This document shows, piece by piece, positions 8,905-17,504 of a stretch of 27,705 nt of DNA. Under the pieces are notes generated by a model. It worked only from the letters and a program-made list of their open reading frames with translations. It did no database searches and was not told the origin of the DNA. The position numbers and the translations under genes are program-made. The DNA lies in IMG/VR virus record IMGVR_UViG_3300017754_002116, positions 1 to 27,705 of that record; one strand, 5' to 3'. Source of the DNA: a virus. Lineage: Duplodnaviria > Caudoviricetes. Each line of letters opens with the position of its first letter. The stretch's first letter is position 1.

Positions 8905-9466
8905 ATCCCTGAAAGGCTTCGACCTGGCGCAGCTTCGCGGACGCGGGCGCGTGATCGCAATCAACGCGGCAGGCTATGCGGTCCCATGGGCGGACCTTCT
9001 GCTGTTCATCGATCACACTTTTTTTCAGGCTCACTCGCATATGGTCCGCGCGTTCGACGGCGCGGTCTGGACCCTGTCGCGCAAGACACATGCGGATCAC
9101 CCCGAAATTCCCCGCCTGATGATGGCAGGCGAACCGCTGCTTGGCGCTGGCGAGCATCCAATCCGCATGAGTGCGAACAGCGGACAGACCGGACTCGCCA
9201 CGGCAATCTCCCTTGGGGCGAAGCGCGTTGTTATGCTCGGCTTCGACTATAAACTCGCGCCGGACGGGGCGTCGCATAGCCATCCGCACTATGGGGGACC
9301 GAACAAGAAAGCCGTGGGCGATCACTGGCTGGATTTCATAAAGGGCTGGGGCCAACAGGCGCGCGCCGCCGGGGTCTTCGTTCTGAACGCCAGCCCGGAC
9401 AGCGCCATCGATGAATTTATGAAGTGCGCGCTAGGGACGCTGTTCGATGAACTTCAAGGAAGCTGA
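8828..9466 (+). CDS. Maf/DUF115 (MptE/CstII-like fold) glycosyltransferase-like domain, reached by -1 frameshift
   Basis: Frame reads PWAGETAFVVCGGPSL...RVIAIN...NSG...LGAKRVVMLGFD. The GGPSL motif lies upstream of the first available start (GTG 8951), and there is no ATG/GTG/TTG back to the TGA at 8666. Confidence 0.75.
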   Translation, partial: RLGPPATAIPGLPWAGETAFVVCGGPSLKGFDLAQLRGRGRVIAINAAGYAVPWADLLLFIDHTFFQAHSHMVRAFDGAVWTLSRKTHADHPEIPRLMMAGEPLLGAGEHPIRMSANSGQTGLATAISLGAKRVVMLGFDYKLAPDGASHSHPHYGGPNKKAVGDHWLDFIKGWGQQARAAGVFVLNASPDSAIDEFMKCALGTLFDELQGS

Positions 9467-10115
9467 CGGAGATCCGCTTCAACACGCGGGGACGTGGGCG
9501 GGCGAACGTGTCGTCGTCATCGCGACCGGGCCAAGCCTTCACGGCGACGACCTAGACATGGCGGCGGAACATCAGCGACGCGGGAACGTCAGGCTGATCG
9601 GCGTCAATGACGCTTACATGTTCCTTCCGAACGACTGCTTTTCGATCCTCTACGCGGCCGATCCGCCATGGTGGAAGCTGCACGACGGCGTCCCGCTGTT
9701 CCAGGCTCGCAAGATTGTTCAGAACCGCAACGGCGGGCGACAGGTCGCGAAGCAGTTCGGACTCGAATGCGTGACCTGCCGCGACGGGGAAAAGCCGTCG
9801 ACCGATCCGGCCTGGATAGCGTCGGGATGGCATTCGGGATTTCAGGCGGTCAACATCGCGGCGCTGATGGGGTCGCGCGATATCATCCTTCTAGGCTTCG
9901 ACTGCCAGAAAGGGCTGTCGGGCAAGTCGCATTATTTCGGGGAACACCCCGCAAGCATCGCGCGGGCTTCGCCCTATCCGCTGTTTGCGGCGTCGTGGGA
10001 CAAGGCCGCCCCACACTATGAAGCGGCCGGCGTGAAGATCACGAACAGCACAAGGCGCACGGCGATAAAATCGCTTCCGCGCCGTCGATTGGAAGGGGCT
10101 TTGAATGCGAACTAA
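9447..10115 (+). CDS. Second Maf/DUF115-like glycosyltransferase-like protein (paralogue of the preceding domain)
   Basis: WAGERVVVIATGPSL, LIGVNDAY, HSGFQAVNIAALMG.RDIILLGFD, SHYFG, ITNST. Confidence 0.75.
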   Translation: MNFKEADGDPLQHAGTWAGERVVVIATGPSLHGDDLDMAAEHQRRGNVRLIGVNDAYMFLPNDCFSILYAADPPWWKLHDGVPLFQARKIVQNRNGGRQVAKQFGLECVTCRDGEKPSTDPAWIASGWHSGFQAVNIAALMGSRDIILLGFDCQKGLSGKSHYFGEHPASIARASPYPLFAASWDKAAPHYEAAGVKITNSTRRTAIKSLPRRRLEGALNAN

Positions 10116-10773
10116 TCAGGACAGACCGCCGACGTTCAGCGGGAACCGCGCCAGTCAGATGACCGGCGAACTGAACGGGCTAATCCATCTGGCGCAGTAT
10201 CACGGCTGCATGTCCTACATGGAAATCGGATCGCGCCACGGCGACACGTTTCACGCCATCATGTCGGAACTTCCACCGGGCGCGAAAGGGCTGGCGCTTG
10301 ACCTGCCGGGCGGACTTTGGGGGACGGTCGACAGCCGGGCATTCCTCGAGCGTGCGATGCACTCGATAAACCAGACGGGACGCAAGGCGGCTTGCCTCAT
10401 CGGCGACAGCCAGTCCGACGACATGGTCGCGCAAGTCGACGCATGGCGGCGCGGCCATGAAATCGCGGGGCCGTTCGACCTGATCCTGATCGACGGCGAC
10501 CATCGCCTTCCGGGGGTCACGCGCGATTGGGAAAACTATTCGCCCATGGCGCGGTTCGTCGCCTTTCACGACATTGTCGGCGAAGGGCAAATCGAAAGGC
10601 GGGACGGAAACCCGGTCGAAGTCCCTATCCTGTGGCGCAGCCTGAAGGCCAAGAGCCCGGCGGCGTGCGTCGAGTGGATCGCGCCGAAGTCGACGATGGG
10701 GATCGGCGTCGTCGACGTCGAAGCCTTCTATGGGGCGACGGCGTTCGCGAAGTTTGCGGAGGCGCTGGCCTGA
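10105..10773 (+). CDS. Class I SAM-dependent methyltransferase (Methyltransf_24-like, often glycan-associated)
   Basis: YMEIGSRHG, IGDS, FDLILIDGDH, FVAFHDI. Confidence 0.85.
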   Translation: MRTNQDRPPTFSGNRASQMTGELNGLIHLAQYHGCMSYMEIGSRHGDTFHAIMSELPPGAKGLALDLPGGLWGTVDSRAFLERAMHSINQTGRKAACLIGDSQSDDMVAQVDAWRRGHEIAGPFDLILIDGDHRLPGVTRDWENYSPMARFVAFHDIVGEGQIERRDGNPVEVPILWRSLKAKSPAACVEWIAPKSTMGIGVVDVEAFYGATAFAKFAEALA

Positions 10774-11630
10774 TGGATACGATTTGCATCGTCGCCAACG
10801 TCGACGCGCCGCATCAGATCGAAGCCGCGCGGCAATTGGGCGAAGGCGTTCGCCGCCACGGTCTGCGCGCGACGACCGTCTGCGGCCAGCTATCGCTTCC
10901 GCGCGCCGACGTCTTCGCGTGCTGGGGCTGGCGCAACGGTCAGGCGCTGAAAGCCAAAACGAAGCGACCCGTCCTGGTCATCGAACGCGGATATATTGGC
11001 GATCGCATGTTATGGACGTCGCTTCATTGGGACGGCCTGAACGGACGCGGTCGCTTCTACTGTCCGCCCGATCAGGGCGACCGCTGGCGGGCCATCCGCG
11101 AAGCCTTGCCGCGCCCGGCCCTCCCGCGCCCCACGGGGCGGCGCGAGGGGCTCGCCGTCATCATGGGGCAGGTCAAAGGCGACATGTCGATTGCTGGCGT
11201 CGATATCGATGAATGGTATTTGAAGGCGGCGGCGGCGGCGCGCAGTCAGGGACTGACCCCGCTGTTCCGACCGCATCCGCTCGCGCGCCAGCGGTCGCCG
11301 ACGTCGCTTCGACTGGCGTCCGACATGATCGCGCTAGACAACCTGACGGGGACGCTGGATCGCGCGGCGGCGGTCTATGCCTACAATTCCAACAGCCTGA
11401 CGGACGCGGCGATGGCGGGCGTCCCGATCACATGCGGCGACCGTGGGGCGGTTACGTGGATGATCGGCGGGCAGGGACTGGAAGCCGCGCCGAAGCTGGA
11501 CGACAGGACCGAATGGCTTCACCGCATGGCTTGGCGGCAATGGCTTCCCAGCGAAATCGAATGCGGCGATGCTTGGGCGGCGATCAGCAACGCGAGGCAG
11601 GAAGGGAACGAATATGTCCGGCATCACTAG
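10773..11630 (+). CDS. KpsS/KpsC-like (capsule biosynthesis-type GT-B) glycosyltransferase
   Basis: VLVIERGYI, VIMGQVKGD, FRPHP, YNSNSLTDAAMAGVP follow the QxxxD, HP and NS motif order of KpsS/KpsC-like proteins. TGATG coupling. Confidence 0.7.
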   Translation: MDTICIVANVDAPHQIEAARQLGEGVRRHGLRATTVCGQLSLPRADVFACWGWRNGQALKAKTKRPVLVIERGYIGDRMLWTSLHWDGLNGRGRFYCPPDQGDRWRAIREALPRPALPRPTGRREGLAVIMGQVKGDMSIAGVDIDEWYLKAAAAARSQGLTPLFRPHPLARQRSPTSLRLASDMIALDNLTGTLDRAAAVYAYNSNSLTDAAMAGVPITCGDRGAVTWMIGGQGLEAAPKLDDRTEWLHRMAWRQWLPSEIECGDAWAAISNARQEGNEYVRHH

Positions 11631-12264
11631 CGACCCCGATCAGGGCAACAGGGCCAACGTATGCGTCCGCATAGATGGGCCAGCCGCCCCCGTCATCACG
11701 CTTGAACAGGCTCGCCAGCACTTGCGTCTAGACGCCATCGGCTCCCCGCCCGCCAATATCGACGATGAACTCGTTCAGGGCTTCACGCAGTCCGCGACCG
11801 ATGACCTTGACGGATGGATGGGCGACCTTGGGCGGGCGCTGATCGAACAGACTTGGGAATATCGCGCGCCCTACTTCGCCCCGTGCGAAATGCTGATCCC
11901 GCTTCCGCCGCTGGTATCCGTGACGTCCGTCAAATATCTCGACGCGGCCGGCGCGGAACAGACCCTCGCGCCTTCCGCCTACCGGGTCCGGCTTGGCGGC
12001 CAGACGCCGGGGGCGATAGTCCTGAACGCGGGCGAAGTCTGGCCGCAGACATACGAAGCGGAAGACGCCGTCCGCATCCGTTTCGTCTGCGGCTATGGGG
12101 CCGACGGCGACGCGGTCCCCGGCAACATCAAAAGCTGGATCAAGCTTCGGCTGGGGCAGCTATACGAACACCGCGAAGCCGTCATCGCGGGGACGACGTT
12201 CGCGCCAATGCCGTTCATGGACTCGCTCATTGATCGCTATCGGGTTCGGAGGGTCTGGCAATGA
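11614..12264 (+). CDS. Head-tail connector (HK97 gp6-like adaptor)
   Basis: ITLEQARQHLRLD, GRALIEQTW, LPPLVSVTSVKY, VPGNIKSWIKLRLGQLYEHRE. Confidence 0.92.
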   Translation: MSGITSDPDQGNRANVCVRIDGPAAPVITLEQARQHLRLDAIGSPPANIDDELVQGFTQSATDDLDGWMGDLGRALIEQTWEYRAPYFAPCEMLIPLPPLVSVTSVKYLDAAGAEQTLAPSAYRVRLGGQTPGAIVLNAGEVWPQTYEAEDAVRIRFVCGYGADGDAVPGNIKSWIKLRLGQLYEHREAVIAGTTFAPMPFMDSLIDRYRVRRVWQ

Positions 12265-12620
12265 GAGCGGGCAAACTCGACAGACGCATCACCATCGAAG
12301 TCCGGGCCGCTGGCTCGCCCATGCCCAAGGATGAATTCGGCGAATCGATTTATTCCTGGTCGACGTTCGCCGAAGTGTGGGCGACGAAAAAGGACGTGAC
12401 TTCGCGGGAGCGGTTCGCGCCGATCACGTCGCAAGTCATCGCCGACGTGGACACGGTTTTCTCAACGCGCTGGTTTCCGCTTGGCGCTGAAGTGCAGGCC
12501 GACACGCATCGCATTCGCTACGCCGAACGGCTCTACAATATCGTCGGCGTCGCAGAAATCGGGCGGCGTCAGGGTCTGGAAATTTCGACGACGGCGCGCG
12601 CCGAAGAAAAAGTCGGTTAG
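12261..12620 (+). CDS. Head closure (stopper) protein, SPP1 gp16-like
   Basis: MRAGKLDRRITI, FAEVWA, RIRY.ERLYNI; position after the adaptor. Confidence 0.92.
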   Translation: MRAGKLDRRITIEVRAAGSPMPKDEFGESIYSWSTFAEVWATKKDVTSRERFAPITSQVIADVDTVFSTRWFPLGAEVQADTHRIRYAERLYNIVGVAEIGRRQGLEISTTARAEEKVG

Positions 12621-12632
12621 CGAGATCCAAGC

Positions 12633-13145
12633 ATGGCCGACAAGTTCACGATGAAGATGGAAGGGGCGAAGGAACTCGAGGCGGGTCTGCTAGAGCTTGG
12701 CCGGTCGCTTGGAATTCGCGTCCTGAAGCGCGCGCTTATCAAGGCAGGCCGCCCCGTCGCCGAAGCCGGGGCGGCGAACCTTCGTCGCCAGATCAAATCG
12801 AAGTCGGGCCTGTTGCTGGAAGCGGGCGGCGCGGTCTTCACGTCGGACAAGCTGTCGAAGAACCAGAAGCGCGGGCGGCGCAGGTTCAAGGGCGGCGCGG
12901 AAGTCTTCGTCGGCCCGTATCGCGCGCGTCACGCGCATCTGATCGAATTCGGAACCGGGCCGCGCCGCACGAAGTCAGGGGCGTATCGCGGCGCGCTGCG
13001 CCCGCGCCCCTACATGCGCCCGGCTTGGGATCAGGAAGGGCCGGGGACGCTCGATATCCTGGCGAAAGAACTGCGCGCGGAAATCGAAGCGGCACGCGCG
13101 CGGATCGCAAAGAAAGCGGCCCGCCTCGCGAAGCAAAGGGGCTGA
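12633..13145 (+). CDS. HK97 gp10-like neck / tail-completion protein
   Basis: EGAKELE, AHLIEFGT, PRPYMRPAWD. Confidence 0.9.
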   Translation: MADKFTMKMEGAKELEAGLLELGRSLGIRVLKRALIKAGRPVAEAGAANLRRQIKSKSGLLLEAGGAVFTSDKLSKNQKRGRRRFKGGAEVFVGPYRARHAHLIEFGTGPRRTKSGAYRGALRPRPYMRPAWDQEGPGTLDILAKELRAEIEAARARIAKKAARLAKQRG

Positions 13146-13147
13146 AC

Positions 13148-13558
13148 ATGGAACGGGCAATCATCGCGATACTGTCGACGTCCCCGGCAACGTCTGCGGC
13201 CGACCGCATCTATCCGGGGGAGCTTCCGCAAAAGCCGACATTCCCGGCCATCGTCTATCATCAGATATTCGACTCGTCGGACTACACGCACGACGGGCCG
13301 GATGGCGTGAAGCGCGCGCGGTTTCAAATCGACTGCATGGCCGAACGCTACGCCGACGCCGTTGCGCTGAAGGCGCAGGCGCTGGCCCGCCTGTCGGGTT
13401 TCAAGGGAAACGTGGAAGTGGGATCGCCCGCGACGACTGTCCGGGTCCAAGGGGTATTCCACGAAGGCGGGTCAGATGATACCGCTTCCGAGATGCTGAA
13501 CGCCGGACCCCGCGTCAGGCTGAAGCGTTTCGAAGTGCAATGTTTTTTCAGGGGCTAA
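13148..13558 (+). CDS. Tail terminator (DUF3168-like)
   Basis: DRIYP..LPQ..TFPAIVY, RFQIDC.A..Y; ATG 13148 follows AAAGGGG. Confidence 0.85.
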   Translation: MERAIIAILSTSPATSAADRIYPGELPQKPTFPAIVYHQIFDSSDYTHDGPDGVKRARFQIDCMAERYADAVALKAQALARLSGFKGNVEVGSPATTVRVQGVFHEGGSDDTASEMLNAGPRVRLKRFEVQCFFRG

Positions 13559-13573
13559 TGGAAGGGGCTAACA

Positions 13574-14011
13574 ATGACCGAAGCTACTATCGCATACGGA
13601 ACGCTTTTGCAGTTTGGCAACGGCGCTTCGCCAGAAGTCTTCACGACCGTCGCCGAAGTCGTGAACATCACCGGGCCGGGCATGTCGCGCGAACTGCCGG
13701 ACGCGACACACATGCAGTCGCCGGGCGGCTGGCGTGAATTCATCGGCGGGCTGAAGGACGCGGGCGAAATCTCGCTCGAGTGCAATCACCTTCCGAACAA
13801 CGTCACGCAGAACGCGACGCAGGGCCTGCTGTCGTTCTTCGCGTCCGGGGCCAAGAAAAACTGGCGGCTGGTCTTCCCGGTTTCGCCTGCCGTCGCGTGG
13901 GATTTCGCGGCTGTCCTGTCGGCCTTCGAACCGGACTTCCCGGTCGACGACAAGATGATGCTGTCCGCGACGCTGAAGGTGTCCGGCGAGCCTCAGTTCC
14001 TCGACGCCTAA
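13574..14011 (+). CDS. Major tail (tube) protein
   Basis: DATHMQSPGGWREFIGGLKDAG and C-terminal SATLKVSGEP; position. Confidence 0.92.
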   Translation: MTEATIAYGTLLQFGNGASPEVFTTVAEVVNITGPGMSRELPDATHMQSPGGWREFIGGLKDAGEISLECNHLPNNVTQNATQGLLSFFASGAKKNWRLVFPVSPAVAWDFAAVLSAFEPDFPVDDKMMLSATLKVSGEPQFLDA

Positions 14012-14039
14012 GATCCAGTAACACACACGGAAGACACCC

Positions 14040-14426
14040 ATGGCAGTCCCTACACGCCCCGCTTCGGCGGCGCAGTTCATCACCATCGGCGAACAGACCT
14101 ACACGCTGACCTTCAGCGTCGTCGCGATGGCCGCCCTGCAAGATCACTATGGCCTGAAGTCGCTGACCGAAGTCGGCGAAAAACTTCGCGGCATGACGAA
14201 CGCCACGCTTGAAGACATGGTCGTCATGTTCTGGGCGGCGTTGCGCCGCTACCATCGCGACCTGACGCTTGATGATGCTTGGAGCTTGGCCGACGACGCC
14301 GGGCCGCAGATGCTGGCGCAGGCGCTGATCAAGGCGGCGGCTGGCGCGACGCCGCCACCCGGCAAGGGCAAGGCGGGAGCGGCGGCAGCGGCCCGCCCTA
14401 CCACTGGACGGTCGACGAAGTCCTAG
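14040..14426 (+). CDS. Tail assembly chaperone (gpG-like)
   Basis: Between the tube and tape-measure genes; overlapped by a -1 frame ORF. Confidence 0.85.
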   Translation: MAVPTRPASAAQFITIGEQTYTLTFSVVAMAALQDHYGLKSLTEVGEKLRGMTNATLEDMVVMFWAALRRYHRDLTLDDAWSLADDAGPQMLAQALIKAAAGATPPPGKGKAGAAAAARPTTGRSTKS

Positions 14427-14725
14427 AGCTAGGTCAGACTCTAGGCTGGCGACCGTCCGACGTTTGGAACTCGACGCTTCGTGAAATCGCGAATGCCGTG
14501 CGCGCCGATGAAAAGGCGCGCAAACGCGAATTCAAGGATGCGCTTCAGATCGCTTGGCAAAATGCCAATTGGGTCCGCGCGAAGAAACAGCCGACATGGG
14601 AACGGGTTTCGCGCCAGTATCGCGTCGCGCCGCCTGACCGCTCGCCCGGCGAATTGCTCGAAATTGCGAAACAGCTTAATGCGGCTTTCGGCGGGAAGGA
14701 CTTGCGGAAGAAAAAAGGGGCGTAG
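14396..14725 (+). CDS. Tail assembly chaperone extension (gpT-like), probably a -1 frameshift fusion
   Basis: The -1 frame encodes LGWRPSDVWNSTLREI (typical G..P..FW..T.RE pattern) and runs up to the tape-measure start. The exact slip position is uncertain. Confidence 0.75.
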   Translation, partial: PYHWTVDEVLELGQTLGWRPSDVWNSTLREIANAVRADEKARKREFKDALQIAWQNANWVRAKKQPTWERVSRQYRVAPPDRSPGELLEIAKQLNAAFGGKDLRKKKGA

Positions 14726-14728
14726 GGC

Positions 14729-16813
14729 ATGGCTGGCGCAATCATCGGCGCGCTTCGGGCTGAACTTTCAGCTTCGGTAGCGCAGTTCGAAAAAGACCTC
14801 GCCCAAGGATCGAAGGCGGTCAAAGGGTTCGCCGACAACTTCGACAACGCCGGGAAGGCGCTTGCCAGCGCCGGGGCGAAAATGTCGCTGGCGATCACCG
14901 CGCCCTTCATCATCTTCGCCAAGGGCGCCACTGACGCCGCCCGCGACGCCGAAGAACTTCAGTCCAAGTTCAATTACACGTTCTCGGCTATCGGGACGGA
15001 CATGAACAAATGGGCGGAGGAAACCGGCGACAGCATGGGCCGGTCCACGCAGACGATGCAGGACTTGGCGTCGTCGTTCGGCCTGCTGTTCAACAAGGCC
15101 GCGCCGACCGCGCAGGCGGCGGGCGAAATGTCGAAAGAGTTTTCCCAACTCGCGCTTGACCTGTCGTCGTTCTTCAACGTGACGGAAAGCGAGGCGCTGG
15201 AAAAACTGCGGTCTGGTCTTGTCGGACAGGCCGAACCGTTGCGCGCCTTCGGCGTGTTCCTGAATGCGGCTGACGTCGAAGCGCGCGCGCTTCAGATGGG
15301 ACTCGCCGCGACGTCGAAGGAACTGACCGAACAAGACAAGATCATGGCGCGCGCGAACATCATCATGGAACAGACGAAGGTCGCGCAAGGCGACCTGGCG
15401 CGCACGGCGGACTCGGCTGCGAACCAGCAACGCAAGCTGAAAGAGGAAATGGACGAACTGTCCGTCGAAATCGGCCAGATGCTGCTTCCGCTTCTGACGC
15501 AGCTTGTGAAATGGCTGACTGACGTCGTCGACTGGTTCAAATCGCTGGACCCGGAAATGCAGAAGACCATCGTGACGATTGCGGGCGTCGCCGCCGTCAT
15601 TGGTCCGTTGCTCATTGTGCTGGGCGGGATGGCGACCGGCATCGCGGCAATCATCCGTCTGGTTCCCGCCATCGTCGCGGGGATCAAGGCTGTCGGCGCG
15701 GCGGCGCTGACTTCAAGCGGCCAGCTTTCAGGCATGTCGAAGGCGATGCTGGCGCTAGCTGCGGCCCCGCTGGTCTTCGAAGGCGGGAAGAAAATCGGGA
15801 ACGACTTGGGGCATCAGCTTGGGCTGCTTCAAGCCAGCCTGAAGTTCGGAATTTCGATGGAGGAAGCCGAACGGCTTTACCAGAAGGCAATCGCTGAACG
15901 CGGACAGAAGCTGAAGGATGCGGCGGCTGCGGCTGTTCTGGCGGAAGCCGAAAAGGCGGCGGCCGAACAGAAGGCAATCGAGGAAAAGGAAGCGGCGGCG
16001 CAAGCGGCGTTCGTCGCCGAAATGAAACGCATTCAGGACGAAGCGGATGCGGCGGCAGCGGCGGCGGCGGCGAAGGCGCTGGCGACGAAAGCGCAAGCCG
16101 ACCTGGAAGCAGAAATCGCGCGGCAGGAAGGCGAATATGAACGAGAGCGGCAGGCCGCCGAAGACAAGTGGAACGACGACTTTGATCGCAAATGGCAACA
16201 GGGCGCATATGCGCCGGACCCCATGGACGACATGGGGCCGGACACGCTTCCGTTCGATGACCTTGCGGCGCAGACGGACCTTGTCGCGCTGACGCTGGCA
16301 AACCTTCCCGTGTTCGAAGTCGCCGAAGACTTCACGATGCTGTCGGACGCCGTCGACATGTCCGTTCAGGCGCTGGGGGCGATGATTATGAACGGGGGAA
16401 GCGCGGGCGATATCGTCAAGCGGCTGGCGCAAGAGCTTCTCCAGATGACGCTACTTGGCCCGGCGCTTCAGGGCATGGCGGCATCCATCAAAGGCTTCCT
16501 TGGGATCGGCGCGGGCGGCGACGGCAGCGGCGGCGGAAGCTTCCTGAACGGGATCGGGAACGCCATCGGCAACTTTTTCGCAGGCGGCTTCGCTGAAGGC
16601 GGAACCATCCCGCGCGGCCAGTGGGGCATCGTGGGCGAGAACGGCCCGGAACCGGCGTTTGCAGGATCGGGCGACCTTCAGGTATTCCCGAACGGATCGG
16701 GCGGCGGCAACAGTCAGGTCTTCAACATCACGACGAAGGACGCCGACAGCTTCCGCAGGTCCGAACGTCAAATCGCCCGCGACGCCCGTCGCCGGATGCA
16801 ACCGCAAAGCTAG
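14729..16813 (+). CDS. Tape measure protein, 694 aa
   Basis: Ala-rich and helical with hydrophobic central segments; C-terminal GFAEGG..WGIVGENGPE and DADSFRRSERQIA. Confidence 0.93.
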   Translation: MAGAIIGALRAELSASVAQFEKDLAQGSKAVKGFADNFDNAGKALASAGAKMSLAITAPFIIFAKGATDAARDAEELQSKFNYTFSAIGTDMNKWAEETGDSMGRSTQTMQDLASSFGLLFNKAAPTAQAAGEMSKEFSQLALDLSSFFNVTESEALEKLRSGLVGQAEPLRAFGVFLNAADVEARALQMGLAATSKELTEQDKIMARANIIMEQTKVAQGDLARTADSAANQQRKLKEEMDELSVEIGQMLLPLLTQLVKWLTDVVDWFKSLDPEMQKTIVTIAGVAAVIGPLLIVLGGMATGIAAIIRLVPAIVAGIKAVGAAALTSSGQLSGMSKAMLALAAAPLVFEGGKKIGNDLGHQLGLLQASLKFGISMEEAERLYQKAIAERGQKLKDAAAAAVLAEAEKAAAEQKAIEEKEAAAQAAFVAEMKRIQDEADAAAAAAAAKALATKAQADLEAEIARQEGEYERERQAAEDKWNDDFDRKWQQGAYAPDPMDDMGPDTLPFDDLAAQTDLVALTLANLPVFEVAEDFTMLSDAVDMSVQALGAMIMNGGSAGDIVKRLAQELLQMTLLGPALQGMAASIKGFLGIGAGGDGSGGGSFLNGIGNAIGNFFAGGFAEGGTIPRGQWGIVGENGPEPAFAGSGDLQVFPNGSGGGNSQVFNITTKDADSFRRSERQIARDARRRMQPQS

Positions 16814-16821
16814 GGACGCCC

Positions 16822-17490
16822 ATGGCGCGCTTCATCGATCAGTATGCACCGCCGGAAATGAATTCGTTCGGCTGGATTTCCTCGCCCATGTTCTCGACGC
16901 AGATCACGCAAAGCGACAGCGGCGCGGAACAGGCCAACAGGCGCTGGCTTCATCCGCTGCGGAAGTTCATCAGCCCGGACGCCATTCGGGAACATAACAT
17001 TTTCGAAGCCGTCAAAGCGCACTGGCTGGTCATGGGCGGCCCGGCGCATACATGGCCGATCCGAGATCCTACTGACTTCGCATCCGCCGAACTTGAAGCG
17101 ATGAACGTCGCGCCGACACTCGACCGCGAAGACCAATTGATCGGCACGGGCAACGGCGCGCAGACGCAGTTTCAACTCGTGAAGACCTACACGCGCGGCA
17201 GCGTCGACTATGTCCGCCCGATCCATCTTCCCGTGACGTCGTCCGTAATCGTCGGCGTGGCCGGCGCGGACCCGGCGACGTTCTCGCCCCCGCTGGCTTG
17301 GAGCGTGTCGCGCTATGGCGGCGTCGTCACCTTCGCCAGCCCGCCGCCGAACGGCGCGGCGATCACGGCGGGCTTCCTGTTCGATTGCGAAGTCCGCTTT
17401 GAAAGCGACGACACGTTTGAAGGCGTCGTGAAAAGCTATCGCGTCGCCGGGTTCGCGGATATTCCGCTTGTCGAAGTCAGAGCTTGCTAG
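16822..17490 (+). CDS. Distal tail protein, DUF2460 / RcGTA g12-like
   Basis: PMFSTQI...SGAEQAN.RW, RDPTDF, GNGAQTQFQLVKTY, ITAGFLFDCEVRFESD, IPLVEVR. Confidence 0.92.
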   Translation: MARFIDQYAPPEMNSFGWISSPMFSTQITQSDSGAEQANRRWLHPLRKFISPDAIREHNIFEAVKAHWLVMGGPAHTWPIRDPTDFASAELEAMNVAPTLDREDQLIGTGNGAQTQFQLVKTYTRGSVDYVRPIHLPVTSSVIVGVAGADPATFSPPLAWSVSRYGGVVTFASPPPNGAAITAGFLFDCEVRFESDDTFEGVVKSYRVAGFADIPLVEVRAC

Positions 17491-17504
17491 GGAAGGGCTG
17501 AACA

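Noticed and set aside
8951-9466. GTG 8951 as the true start
   Set aside because: It would remove the conserved WAGE...GGPSL motif found in the paralogue and has no convincing RBS.
15900-16110. GCG-rich low-complexity tract
   Set aside because: Ala-rich helical segment of the tape measure protein; ordinary.
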